Of a DNA stretch of 64,000 nucleotides, positions 1 through 11,965 are shown piece by piece. Where the stretch lies: contig BCGN01000003.1 of the NCBI GenBank assembly GCA_001599295.1, positions 558,001 through 622,000 of the forward strand. Direction: 5' to 3'. The translations under genes and the position numbers were made by a program. The DNA comes from Sporopachydermia quercuum. Lineage: Eukaryota. The notes below the pieces were generated by a model that was given only the letters and a program-made list of their open reading frames with translations, had not been told where the DNA came from and did no database searches. Each line of letters opens with the position of its first letter. Position 1 is the stretch's first letter.

Positions 1-1017
1 TAAACTCGTACTTGTCAGGGTTTTGATCCAGTAATTTGATTGAAAAGGAAAGTAATAAATATGTGCTCGATCAGAGATGTCCCTTTGTTTGTCGAATAGT
101 CGAGACAAATACTAAATATTTCACGACATCTTCAATTGTCAGAGTGAGAATACTCCAGTCTTCTGTACTCCCCGAAATTGATATATCTNNAGATATATCA
201 ATTTCACTGCCTATATCCAATCCTCACTGTGTTCAAACAACCTGGAAAAAGTTCTCAGTGACAGTCATTTAAACATTATCTATAATGGTAGTGACAAAAA
301 AAATATTAGTTTGGTCCGTAACCGAGCACTTTAGTTGCACCNGAACCAATAGCCTTCATCCTCCATGTCACATTCTCTATTCAAACCATATTAAGTAGGA
401 CATTCTTTTGTCACATATTCCCACCTACTTTTGGTAGTGAAATTAGCCTACATAAAGCAAAAGTATTTCGTGTTCGTATATTAACTGTATGCATATAATT
501 GATAATTACCCATTTCTTATTATGAAAGGAAGGAGTCCAAAGTTTAGTGCTGTAATCCTCAAACATTATTATGATATTTTCCCTTGGTCGATAAAGGAGA
601 ATTTACTATTGGAAAATGCTGCTTTGGTCGTTCATGGTTTTGGTTCCAGAATAGACATTGTGCAACTTGCATGTAACGTAATGTTGATGAAATATTGAAG
701 GAAAAACATAATATGTACTATAGAGATTATAGAGATTACTTGATAGTGAAATCAGGTAAAGATATGATCTACAAAGGCAATATATGAATAAATCGATGAA
801 TAGTGAATAAAGTGTTATAAAACAGAGTTGCTAGGTATTGCTTTCTTTGATAACATATTACGTTGCCATCATAGTTTGTTTTGATAATTGGCTGATCAAA
901 CGAAAGTCGATTGAGATCCCTTTTGATCATTTTATGTTGTTCATGATATAAGACTATTGATTACTTAAGAAACCAAGATTTTTGAAACTATTCGAAATCC
1001 TTTTTTTTTTCTCTAAA

Positions 1018-3444
1018 ATGACCGACCCATCCGATGTGGTGCATCGGGCAGGGTCAGTTTACAAGCTTGATAGAGAAAGAGATTCAACTAAGAAGTGCTT
1101 AGAAATTCTTGCAACCGTTCCCAGACCCCTATTTGCTGAAGGTTTAGCAAGAATAACGGCAGCAGTTAGTTCACAGTATGGCGAGCTTGGTACTCCTGAT
1201 AAACCTGGAGGAGGTGATTTCCTTCACATATCAGATGAATTGGGTGCGCATCTGAATCTAAATATTGTAGAGATTATGACTGAGTTCGTTGGGGATATTA
1301 AGAGCTTTATTGAAAATCAAGTGCTCTGTTTGACATTTTGTGATGAAATAAGCGAAATAAACGTACAATGGCTTTACGAAGCAAAACAAGAAATTGGTAG
1401 GATATCTCGTGATGTGGATTCAATCGGTGTTATCATGTCTAAATTGGTGCGGATACTAGAATCAGAGAATCGAGGTGAAATAGCAGGAACATCCGAACAA
1501 AAAATATTAGAAGCAAAGGTGCTAAACATACTAGTGATACTTGCAGACCTGTCAGATCAATGGTTGTCTCTTAGAAAACTTATACTTACAATACAGAAGA
1601 GATTAGATGTAGCTACTGAATGGAATGATTTGAAAGAAGAAGTCCTAAAGGGAATTGAAAGTGAGATAAGCATTTGTATTCAAGATTGCTACAATTTCAA
1701 AACAGATTTAGAAGGAAGTAACAACGAATTCGAGGAAATAATTAATGATCCCAGTATAACACTCAGCGCTCTATTAGATAAAATAGCATTCAGTTTTGCA
1801 TCAAACCATCGCTCAAACCTCAGTTTGGTCTCATTTTCTCCATTTCAAACATCTGTCAATAACACATTTATTGGTATCTTTTCAAGAGTAGAAGCTATTG
1901 ATGTAAGTTTGGAATTTGTTCCTGATAGAATAGAGCATTATCTATCAGTAGCAGAGATTGTCTCACCGGAATCTGTCACAAACATGAATAAATCTCTAGA
2001 TGAGATAGAAGTCAAACTGAAGCTGCTGAGAGAGAATATGAAAGGCATTAAAAATGAGCTGCAAATTGAAAGATGGGAATCTACGTTCAAATTGTTTATA
2101 CTACTGTGTGGTGAAGAGCTTAAGAATTACGAGCAGGATCGTTTGAAATATCCTCACAAAGAAATGCGTTTAGCNGATTCCTATGATATTTTCAATGATT
2201 TTGATACAGATCGCAGGTTGATTCTTATACAAGCGGTAGAGAAGATTGATCTGTGTTTTAAGTATAATCTACTGGACAGGGATACTGAGAATTGGTCCAA
2301 ATTGGAACAATTAAGATCGGAGATTCAATCTAAGACTGAAAACAGCGAAATACCGAACAGATATGGAAGTCCTAACGGCAGGGGCAGATCTAGAGGTTCG
2401 AGTATGAATGAAGTTGGAAGCATGTTGAGATTGCATTCCAGAAGTGCTAGCAGACAATCATCTACAACAAGTAAAGGCCATGGAGTTGGGAACGGTACTG
2501 GTACCGGTACACATTCTAGAAATGTGAGCAGTACATCGTCATCAGAGATTATTTATGATTTCAAAGAATTAGGAATGGTATCACCAATTATGGCTAAACG
2601 AACAAAAGGTAAATTTCATTACGAAAAACTAGTTTCGCGTATTACGCCTGATGCACCTGAATCTGAATCTTACGAACAATCAATATTCGAGACTCCACCA
2701 AAATCTAGAAGGTACAAGAGATACTCAAGTGCATCGGGCAGCAGTTCAAGTTCAAATGAATTAAAGATATTCCAACCAGTGAACGAAATAGATTTCACCA
2801 CACCTGTCAAACAAACACCTCGAAGAAATGAAAACCTATCAGGGAAAAAATCAGAGAATTCATTATCAACTATAAAAACAAATAAACGAAGAACATCAAT
2901 GATTCCTGTGCCAATACATCCAGCTACTCCTGTTCCCAAGGTTCCTTCCACACCAGCTACTATCACAAAACCCTTAGATAAAACACCAACAAGACGACAG
3001 TCAGATAGATTTATATCAGCAACTACAGTCAGAGGAATAAAATCTACAGCGCATCAGCTTAACAATCAGAATCAGATTTTTGGTTCCACGAGGCTATCAT
3101 TTTCTGCAACGCGTTCAAATATTCCTGTATCAACACGCAAATTTCTTCCCACAAAACTCGGTACTAATTCACCTAATATCAACTTCGACAACTATCCTAT
3201 TCCTACTATTCCACAGACACCCATTAGACGTGAAGCTCGGTCCAACTCATTGCTTAGTACGAGTAGTGGAACCAGCAGTAATTCCAATTCATCATTTCGC
3301 TTAGGCCGGGTACCAACAAGAAACAAATCATTTATACCTGTTCCGACCCCTGAGAAAAAGAAAGGAACTACTCCTTCAATTGTGCACATTAAAAACTTCA
3401 ATAAACCAAAAATGGGCACATTATCAACTCCCTTTCTTCAGTGA
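1018..3444 (+). CDS. KAR9: Karyogamy / spindle-orientation protein Kar9
   Basis: ORF 982..3444, first ATG at 1018. Helical N-domain with Kar9-like RLDVATEWNDLKEEVLKGIESEI; basic S/T/P-rich tail with SxIP EB1/Bim1-binding motifs (SMIP, SNIP, SFIP); next to DIM1/KEL3 as in S. cerevisiae. Confidence 0.8.
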   Translation: MTDPSDVVHRAGSVYKLDRERDSTKKCLEILATVPRPLFAEGLARITAAVSSQYGELGTPDKPGGGDFLHISDELGAHLNLNIVEIMTEFVGDIKSFIENQVLCLTFCDEISEINVQWLYEAKQEIGRISRDVDSIGVIMSKLVRILESENRGEIAGTSEQKILEAKVLNILVILADLSDQWLSLRKLILTIQKRLDVATEWNDLKEEVLKGIESEISICIQDCYNFKTDLEGSNNEFEEIINDPSITLSALLDKIAFSFASNHRSNLSLVSFSPFQTSVNNTFIGIFSRVEAIDVSLEFVPDRIEHYLSVAEIVSPESVTNMNKSLDEIEVKLKLLRENMKGIKNELQIERWESTFKLFILLCGEELKNYEQDRLKYPHKEMRLXDSYDIFNDFDTDRRLILIQAVEKIDLCFKYNLLDRDTENWSKLEQLRSEIQSKTENSEIPNRYGSPNGRGRSRGSSMNEVGSMLRLHSRSASRQSSTTSKGHGVGNGTGTGTHSRNVSSTSSSEIIYDFKELGMVSPIMAKRTKGKFHYEKLVSRITPDAPESESYEQSIFETPPKSRRYKRYSSASGSSSSSNELKIFQPVNEIDFTTPVKQTPRRNENLSGKKSENSLSTIKTNKRRTSMIPVPIHPATPVPKVPSTPATITKPLDKTPTRRQSDRFISATTVRGIKSTAHQLNNQNQIFGSTRLSFSATRSNIPVSTRKFLPTKLGTNSPNINFDNYPIPTIPQTPIRREARSNSLLSTSSGTSSNSNSSFRLGRVPTRNKSFIPVPTPEKKKGTTPSIVHIKNFNKPKMGTLSTPFLQ

Positions 3445-3757
3445 CTCGATTTCCTTTCACTTCTGTTGCAAAAGTGTTGATTAACAATATATATATATAG
3501 TCGATTTCAGCTTTCTTTCCTGTCATTTGTTTTCTCTCTTAATATTCTACTTTTATAACATATGATTCTTTCTCAACTATCTTTTCTCTTAATTCCTTAT
3601 AGCTTTTCTTATTCTGTTTTTTTTTTCTTATGAATTAATGACATAGTTATATAGTTATATACATGTAGGGTTGCAGCATTGATTGGTAATTATTTCTTTG
3701 GGATGCTCATTGTTCAAATGAAATAAAACATATTTTCAAATATGTGCAATATACTGA

Positions 3758-4256
3758 TTAGTTCTTCTTAATTATGGAGGAGACCTTCTGCTCCGTTCCA
3801 AAAATAGTAGTAAACCATGATGTTTCTTCCCTTCGTTTGATCTCATGAGGATCAAGTTCTATAATTGATCCATCAGGTAACAGTTCACCAGTTTGAACTT
3901 TTTTCTCTTTACCCAAAACAACTAGTATTTTGTTAATGAATGTTGATAATTGTTTCTTCAGCTTAATAATTAACTATTTCATATATTTAAAAAAGAACGT
4001 ACGTCGTTGGTAGAGCATATACGAAGAGATAGCCAGTATAGGCAAGGATAAAACGATAAGACGAAAGCTGTCAATGTTAGATGTTGAATAACCAGCATTT
4101 CAAAAGTAGAGTAACATAGTCCAGTGATTTCCTATGACATCGCTACCAATAGAAAATGGTAGACTTTGATCTCATTCTTCAGTAGTTTATCAATACATAC
4201 GCTTTCACCTTGTTTTCAATTCTGTTAGGAATTTTCCCTCCTTTCGCTGCTGCCAT
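3758..4256 (-). CDS. Unannotated 3-exon, 94-aa single-pass membrane microprotein
   Basis: Exons 4256-4201, 4067-4003, 3921-3758. Introns GTATGT..TCTAAC..CAG and GTACGT..ATTAAC..TAG keep frame (285 nt): MAAAKGGKIPNRIENKVKAFRLIVLSLPILAISSYMLYQRLVLGKEKKVQTGELLPDGSIIELDPHEIKRREETSWFTTIFGTEQKVSSIIKKN. Confidence 0.85.
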
Positions 4257-4717
4257 GATGTTGAACTTGTATTCCAACTACAGTCTTGAAACCTACAATA
4301 CGATTCTTTAAGAATATACGACCTTTTAGTAAAAAGTATCATATATATCAGAAGCAAAATATATATACAATCAATATAAAAGAACAACTATTTCCTTTAA
4401 TGGTTAATTGTATGAGAATAAGCCAGTAAATGACTTTTGGGTCGTCAATATTGACGATATGATTGATGGGCTTCCTTTAGTTCTGAGGCATGTCACGTAT
4501 TGCATGACAAGTAAGAATTAAATTAAATCTTAAGTACGACATTTTCTTATATGACTCTACCTGAAGGTAAGGTTAAATCGATTAAAAGAAGTACCTACAT
4601 TACTAGCTATGCTGATAAAATACCTCATTAACAATTATTGGTATGAGAAAATACAGTTTAATTGTTCTCAACAAAATATAGTATTTTATTCAGCGTTCTT
4701 TCCATCTTTCTACCACT

Positions 4718-4747
4718 CTTATGTCTCTTATGTCTTATGTCTTATGT
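4718..4747. repeat. (CTTATGT)x4 short tandem repeat
   Basis: Read directly; one 2-nt spacer; lies in the divergent promoter between the microprotein gene and DIM1. Confidence 0.8.
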
Positions 4748-4843
4748 CTCACCTTCAACTTCCACTTCTTGTCATATCTGCTAATTATCTGCTGAAAGAC
4801 ATAACTTCACTTCTCCTCTCAAATTACGTATCTCTCCATAAAG

Positions 4844-4855
4844 AAAAAAATTTCA
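4844..4855. promoter_or_regulatory. RRPE-like element upstream of DIM1
   Basis: AAAAAAATTTCA (reverse complement TGAAATTTTTTT) about 250 bp upstream of a ribosome-biogenesis gene. Confidence 0.5.
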
Positions 4856-5084
4856 CTTTGTGAGGAAAATCAAAATAATAAATCAAACTGCAGAATGTGA
4901 TTTTTAAAGATAGTCAGCCTAAGAATCCCTATCATTGTTATTATATCATTTATTCAAAGAACATTTTATTTATAACTGGGATATCAGAAACTATTGGATA
5001 TAAGTTCACAACATATTTTGTATGACAGGACTTTTATAAAAGTTGCATATATGTTGATGACTGCATAATACAAAGAAACAGTGA

Positions 5085-6140
<1,056 letters not shown>

Positions 6141-6462
6141 GTTCTAGGATAATACATAGTTATAAATGGAACTGCATAATTGTAACGATCATTGTCATTG
6201 ATGACTATTTCAAAAACTCATATAGGATGCTCCTATTTCCTAACATTCTTTTCACGAAATGAATCATAAATCTAATTCGCTCGTTTTCTATACAAATAAT
6301 TCAAATCCTTAATATACAAAGGACATTGCAACCAATAAATGCGATCTTGGTGTGTCTATAGAAGTATATTAGCATGAATTATATCAATATACTATATACT
6401 AGTATATTGTCACTCTTATTTACCGTCAACCTAAAAGTCCCTACATCTTATATTAGTATTCA

Positions 6463-8427
6463 TCATCTTCTCTTAGTAACCTTAGAAGTATCCTTCTCGA
6501 TAACTTCTCCAATACCTCCCATATCTTCAAACTCATCTTCTGTTTGTCGAACAATTTCTCTTCTCTCCCAAAATCTATCTTCTGACATTTCAAATGCTAT
6601 CTTCTTTAAATCTTTACCTCTAGAGTCACGATTACTCGATAATGCCCATTCAACAAAAGTAGGTCCAGTACGCTCGTAAAATTGTTTCAAGGACTCGAAT
6701 GGTTTTGGCTGAGGCAGCCAAGGTCTAGGATCAGTATCATCAACTGTTTCATCAATCTCTTCTTCTTCTTCCTCTTCTTCCTGATCTACAATCAATGCTT
6801 CATCGTTTTCTTCATCGTCATCGTCATCCTCGTCATCATCTTCTTCCTCTTCATCGTCAGACAACGTGGCGTTTTCTAGGTCACTCAGATCTTCCCAGTA
6901 CACTTTCACACCATCTAGTTTACCTAGATCAATAGCATAAAAAGAGTCTAGGTTGAATTCCTTGTCACCATTTTCCCAAATTCCTCCAAATACGAATAAT
7001 GTATCATCACATACAGTGCAAGCTGAATTGAACCTAGGATGTGGTAACGTTGATACGTACGGGTATTCTTTCTTAGATGGTTCATCCTCATCTAAATCAT
7101 TAGCAGTAGTAATGAGCTTAACTTCTTCATCTAAAGCATTTTGGGAAGCACCATTGTAGTTGGTATTATTTCTATTGGCTGTATCAACAATCACATCAGC
7201 ACCCTCAATCTTAGCTTGCTTTTCCATTAAACTGTTGAGAATATTCGCCAGATCAGCATCTCTCTCCGATTTATTATTATTCAATTTCTTCTTCTTCTTC
7301 TGCTGTCGAAGGCTTAATGAGTACCATCTATTATTCTCAACATGATACGCAAACAACGTGTTGTAAAAAGAACTTGACAATGATTCCTCGGTTTCCTCTG
7401 TATCATAAACACCTCCAAACAGGATTCCTCTACCTTTATGGTGAACCATCGAACATCCTACTCTGGGACTAGGAGCGAATCCTTGTTTCTTTCTTCTCTC
7501 CCAAGTAATTCCTCCCGTGCCCGTTAATTTCAAGTCTGGTTTCATTTTCAAACTCCAAATATCAGTATGAGTTTTACCTTTCTGGTAATTGGTCTTAGCT
7601 CCTCCGTGAGACCTTTTGTGAGCTTTCACTTTACTGTAGCCACCCCAGAGAACAGCACCTTCTTGCGTAGGAATAAAAGAGTGGCCAGAACGTACATCTG
7701 GAACAGGGTGATTCTGAGGAAATTCTATTTGGGTCCATTTATACGTAGTAATGTCAAATACCCATAAATCGTTCAAATATGATGTTGAAGTACCTAAGTC
7801 CCTGAATCCTCCATGCAACAAAACATAGTTTTTCCAGTAGGTCATTCGGTGACCAGATCTTGGTGAGGGACCTTTTCTAGCTTCTATTTTCTCCCATTCC
7901 ATTGCTTGAGCATCTAAAACCCAAGTGTCCCCATAATGATAGAATGTGTTTTGTTTCGGCGAGGAAAAATCACCTCCAAACATAACTATAGAACCGGTGG
8001 GATGCACACACATTGCATGGCCTGACCTTGGCATAGGAGCATTCTTTGATTGATATTTCCTCCAAATGTCAGAATCTACAGAGTATGTATAAAGATCGTT
8101 ATAAAACACACTNCTGCCTCCAATATTTGCTTCCCCTCCAAATAAAATAAGTTCATTCTTTTGATGCCAAGGTGATGTTACTAATGTTGGATTTAATCTC
8201 CTTGATGGTCTACCAGTAACTGTTACACTGATAGCAGTTAATTCTTCTTGCTCTTTTGCATATTGGGCTAATAGTGTATCAATATCAACATCGTCCTCTT
8301 CGTCAGCAAATAGCTTCTTTGCCTTCTTTTTATCCTTATTTTCAGCTTTTGACGTAGCTTTTTTGCTTTTTTCTAAAGCTCGAGCTTTCTTAGCTTCTTT
8401 ATCTTTCTTATCCTTCTTTTTAGCCAT
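6463..8427 (-). CDS. KEL3: Kelch-repeat protein Kel3 / KLHDC4 with acidic C-terminal domain
   Basis: MAKKKDKK start, repeated PRSGH..GG kelch units, C-terminal PKPFESLKQFYERT..W motif. Confidence 0.9.
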   Translation of the reverse strand: MAKKKDKKDKEAKKARALEKSKKATSKAENKDKKKAKKLFADEEDDVDIDTLLAQYAKEQEELTAISVTVTGRPSRRLNPTLVTSPWHQKNELILFGGEANIGGXSVFYNDLYTYSVDSDIWRKYQSKNAPMPRSGHAMCVHPTGSIVMFGGDFSSPKQNTFYHYGDTWVLDAQAMEWEKIEARKGPSPRSGHRMTYWKNYVLLHGGFRDLGTSTSYLNDLWVFDITTYKWTQIEFPQNHPVPDVRSGHSFIPTQEGAVLWGGYSKVKAHKRSHGGAKTNYQKGKTHTDIWSLKMKPDLKLTGTGGITWERRKKQGFAPSPRVGCSMVHHKGRGILFGGVYDTEETEESLSSSFYNTLFAYHVENNRWYSLSLRQQKKKKKLNNNKSERDADLANILNSLMEKQAKIEGADVIVDTANRNNTNYNGASQNALDEEVKLITTANDLDEDEPSKKEYPYVSTLPHPRFNSACTVCDDTLFVFGGIWENGDKEFNLDSFYAIDLGKLDGVKVYWEDLSDLENATLSDDEEEEDDDEDDDDDEENDEALIVDQEEEEEEEEIDETVDDTDPRPWLPQPKPFESLKQFYERTGPTFVEWALSSNRDSRGKDLKKIAFEMSEDRFWERREIVRQTEDEFEDMGGIGEVIEKDTSKVTKRR

Positions 8428-8706
8428 TGTGGATATATGCTATTATGTGCTATATGAAATGAGATGAAACGTATGAGAAGAAATTACTGAGACAAGTAAT
8501 AGTAAGCACTGCTACTGGTTTAGAGAACAAATATAATATCACCACCAATTATCATATCAGCGATATATATCATTTCATCCTCATCAATATTTAAATAAAT
8601 CAATAATTAGTATTAGTCCTGTCAGTGATCAATGACATAAATGAAGGAATCAAGAAAACTTTTGGCGGAATTTAAAATTATTAGGCTGCTACCATATATG
8701 GGAAGT

Positions 8707-8723
8707 ATGACTCAATGAGTCAT
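8707..8723. promoter_or_regulatory. Palindromic double Gcn4/AP-1 site ATGACTCA-A-TGAGTCAT
   Basis: Two consensus TGA(C/G)TCA sites, inverted, 280 bp upstream of KEL3. Confidence 0.55.
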
Positions 8724-9064
8724 GTTAGAACTTCATTCAATGTGCAAGAAAAATACGATAATTAGATGAATTTGGATGGTAATTGAGCTGGACAACGATA
8801 AAAGCTCAAGCAATAAATAAAAATTATAAGGATTGAGCTATATAATCTTGATAATACTGCAAAATGGATATTGATTGTAGTTGTTTGGCCAAAATGGTAC
8901 ATTAGCGATGGGTTCCACCAAAATACTTAAGGGAGTCCTGGGAATTGATTATTGTGTAATCATAAATTAGATCAAAGGCATGTGATAAATTGGTTGCAAC
9001 AGTATGGTTCAAGACAATTATGAGTTTTAGAAAACCCAGTGTTTTATCTACTTCATATTCATAT

Positions 9065-10642
9065 TCATAACGATTCAACTAGGGACACAACAGCGGCTGA
9101 TAAGCTCTCGACTTCTTCTTTAGTTCTAGCTTCAGCATAGACCCTAACAGCATCTTCAGTACCACTTGCTCGAACAAAAGATCTGCCTTGGGCCACTTTT
9201 CCAACCTCAGAATCAATTTTGGCTTGTAAGCCTTCTGGTGATACCAATATTCTTTCAGCATCAGTTGTTTTGAAAACCGATCTGTCTGGCACTATTACCT
9301 TAGCTAGTTTATTAGGTAAATCTGTGTATTCAGCATCCCATTCACTGGGAGCTTCATTGATGATATTCAAAACTGCCAATACTGCCAGTAAATCTGAAAT
9401 AGCATCACCAACAGCTTGATTGATAACCTCAGTAAACCCTTTCAATAGAACTGCTGCTTCAGAATCACTTCCATTCAATACTTCATAAACCTTGGGTGAA
9501 AATAGTACTGTGCCGTGACCATTAGCTTCGAAATACACACCAATGTCATACTCATGAGCAGCGTGATGCAAGTGTTTCACACCAGTAGGTGTGCATGTAA
9601 CAGGAAGATTCAATTTCTTAGTTAAGTATTCAGTACTAGAACCGTTGGCATATGCCGTTTGAACAACGCCAACTGACAGCTTACCTTTCAACTTTTCAGA
9701 TGTATTTATCAACTTCTGGAAGTAAGAAGCAAGTAAGCCAGAAATTTTATCTCCATCAAGCAGTTTAAACGACCCTGAATCGTCAATATAATAAAATACT
9801 ACTCTATCTGCATCTCCATCAAATGAAGCATATATTTCACCTTTCTTCGGATCAACACCTTGTGGTAGTCTCTGATTAGTTTTTACATAATCTGCACCAC
9901 AGTTCACGTTCAATTTGTCCGCAGATAAGTAATTGTCATTTACAATTGCAATATCTAGCTGTTTCTCTAAATATTTAACCAGTTGGTGTAGTTTAGGTCC
10001 ACCAACTCCATTGGCACAGTCAATAGTTACCTTAGGAGGAAACTTCTTCCCAGAAACAAGAGTTACATAGGCAGAACTAAGCTTCTTGTAATAACCTAAC
10101 TCTGTGGGTTCTCCATAAGCAGGATCATTAATACATCTTGTGACGTAATGCAACTGTGGTGTTGTGAATAATCCGTAATCCGTAAATTTAGAATCTCCTG
10201 CTTCTAATGCATCTTTCAAAGAAGATACAAGAAATGGTCCAGAATCTCTAGAGTCTCTCGCATAAACAACATTAGAAGGAACATTCACATCAATTGAATA
10301 TTTGCTTATAATATTGTCAATTACAATACTCAGATCTGCTGAGAGTTCAGCATTCGCAAGTTCTGTGGCCCAATGTTCCCATGATTCTTCAAGCATATCA
10401 CCTAATGGATCAACAAGCTTGACACCATTATCTTGTGGAGGATTATGAGATGCAGTAATCATAACTCCAATGGTCTTACCATTAAGATACTTTGATCGCA
10501 ATACAGCTAATAATCCAACTCTGAAAACGACTGAGTCCAGTAAGCTATGATGCATCCGAAATCCAGCTGTTCCGTACGTATAGGTTTTCCCTTCAGGCTT
10601 CAGATGTACTTCTGATGCTCTTTCTATCTTGTGCGAATCCAT
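9065..10642 (-). CDS. PCM1: Phosphoacetylglucosamine mutase (Pcm1/Agm1)
   Basis: YGTAGFR, catalytic TASHNP, metal loop DGDADR, FEANGHG and RASGTEDAVRVYAE. Confidence 0.97.
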   Translation of the reverse strand: MDSHKIERASEVHLKPEGKTYTYGTAGFRMHHSLLDSVVFRVGLLAVLRSKYLNGKTIGVMITASHNPPQDNGVKLVDPLGDMLEESWEHWATELANAELSADLSIVIDNIISKYSIDVNVPSNVVYARDSRDSGPFLVSSLKDALEAGDSKFTDYGLFTTPQLHYVTRCINDPAYGEPTELGYYKKLSSAYVTLVSGKKFPPKVTIDCANGVGGPKLHQLVKYLEKQLDIAIVNDNYLSADKLNVNCGADYVKTNQRLPQGVDPKKGEIYASFDGDADRVVFYYIDDSGSFKLLDGDKISGLLASYFQKLINTSEKLKGKLSVGVVQTAYANGSSTEYLTKKLNLPVTCTPTGVKHLHHAAHEYDIGVYFEANGHGTVLFSPKVYEVLNGSDSEAAVLLKGFTEVINQAVGDAISDLLAVLAVLNIINEAPSEWDAEYTDLPNKLAKVIVPDRSVFKTTDAERILVSPEGLQAKIDSEVGKVAQGRSFVRASGTEDAVRVYAEARTKEEVESLSAAVVSLVESL

Positions 10643-10717
10643 TGTATGCCGAAATCTTTTCAGTTCCTGTTAATATTTGCAATAGAATAAATTATTACTA
10701 TTTCTGCTCCTAAGTGA

Positions 10718-10846
10718 CTTAAAACTCGAAAACAGACTGTTAGTAAAGGAAGGACATCATCATTTACGTAAAACAGAGATGAAGAAACTGTTTGCAGATC
10801 AATTGTTTCCTACACAACAGGAGATCATTCTATTTCTGTCACTTAC
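10718..10846 (-). other. Probable 5'UTR intron of PCM1
   Basis: GTAAGT at 10846 and perfect TACTAAC at 10745-10739; AG acceptor uncertain (about 10718); an in-frame stop just upstream of the ATG argues against a coding exon. Confidence 0.6.
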
Positions 10847-11381
10847 AAATATTCTTAATCATACAATCAGTATATTCATGGCTACCTAAATCAGCTATTC
10901 TAGTTTCCTATAGTCTTTTCAATACATATTGATTGCATCTGTTTAAGAACTGTTCTATAAGAAAGAACTATGATCAATCAAATGCTATCACATCCACTGA
11001 TGGAATAAGCTTGCACATTATCAGTAAGGTGTGAGATCGTTCATATGCATGGATTGTGCATCTACTGAACCTTAACATAATTCTAGACAGGGAGTTCAAA
11101 TTCAACATGAAGCTAACCAACAACTTGCATACTGCATTGTTGGGAGGTGGTTGAGTAGATATTTGATGTTCTAATTGCTCTCTTCCATCAAATAATAGTA
11201 TTGATAGGAAATGAATTATCGTTGTAAGTAAAAAACGATTAACAGAATCATACGATTCAAATCATTCACCATCTTTGGTTCCGTCAATTAGTATACTGTA
11301 TTATTAGTCTGAAGTTGTTGTTGTAGTTTGAGCTTTACATCAGAGTGCTTGATATTACAATAGTAATGTACATAATTTATT

Positions 11382-11750
11382 ATGGCACCTCTGACTCCAA
11401 TATTTAATCATCAACAAGTTCTTGCAAAGGCTAATGCAGCATTTTCAGTTAAAGAGAACGGAGAACTAGATTGTCCTATCAAAGAGCTAACACAATATAA
11501 TTGTGATATAAAGAAAACGTACAATAGAGATAGTAATGTTTGGGAATCTGAAATACATTGTGTACCTTTTAAACGACTATTCTATGCATGTCCTAATTCT
11601 AAGATCAAACAGGAATATTTGATGAAGAGAAACAAGTTGATTGGAGAAGATATCGGCCCAGGAAATCAATCTACGGAACGTGAATATACATTGATAGAAA
11701 TCACAAAAAAGGATACAAACTTAAGGAGCAAACTGAAGGAGAAAACTTAA
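11382..11750 (+). CDS. SOM1: Mitochondrial inner-membrane peptidase subunit Som1
   Basis: MAPLTP start, C-x-x-K-x-LTQYxC and CVPFKRLFxxC motifs; divergent from PCM1 as in S. cerevisiae. Confidence 0.85.
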   Translation: MAPLTPIFNHQQVLAKANAAFSVKENGELDCPIKELTQYNCDIKKTYNRDSNVWESEIHCVPFKRLFYACPNSKIKQEYLMKRNKLIGEDIGPGNQSTEREYTLIEITKKDTNLRSKLKEKT

Positions 11751-11965
11751 GGATAAAAAAAGCGGACCAACGACTGATGAAAGTTCTACTTCTAGTTCCA
11801 GTTCTCGAATCACTATTACGAAAACAAAAGCTTTGCTGTCATAATGATTTTGTAAGAGGACATTAGAATTATCTCCTTCCGATTCAACAAATGAAATTAA
11901 TGATATAAACGCTGTTAACAAGAGTGTATATTCGGCAATTTATAAAAGTATGAATGGTTATGCAT

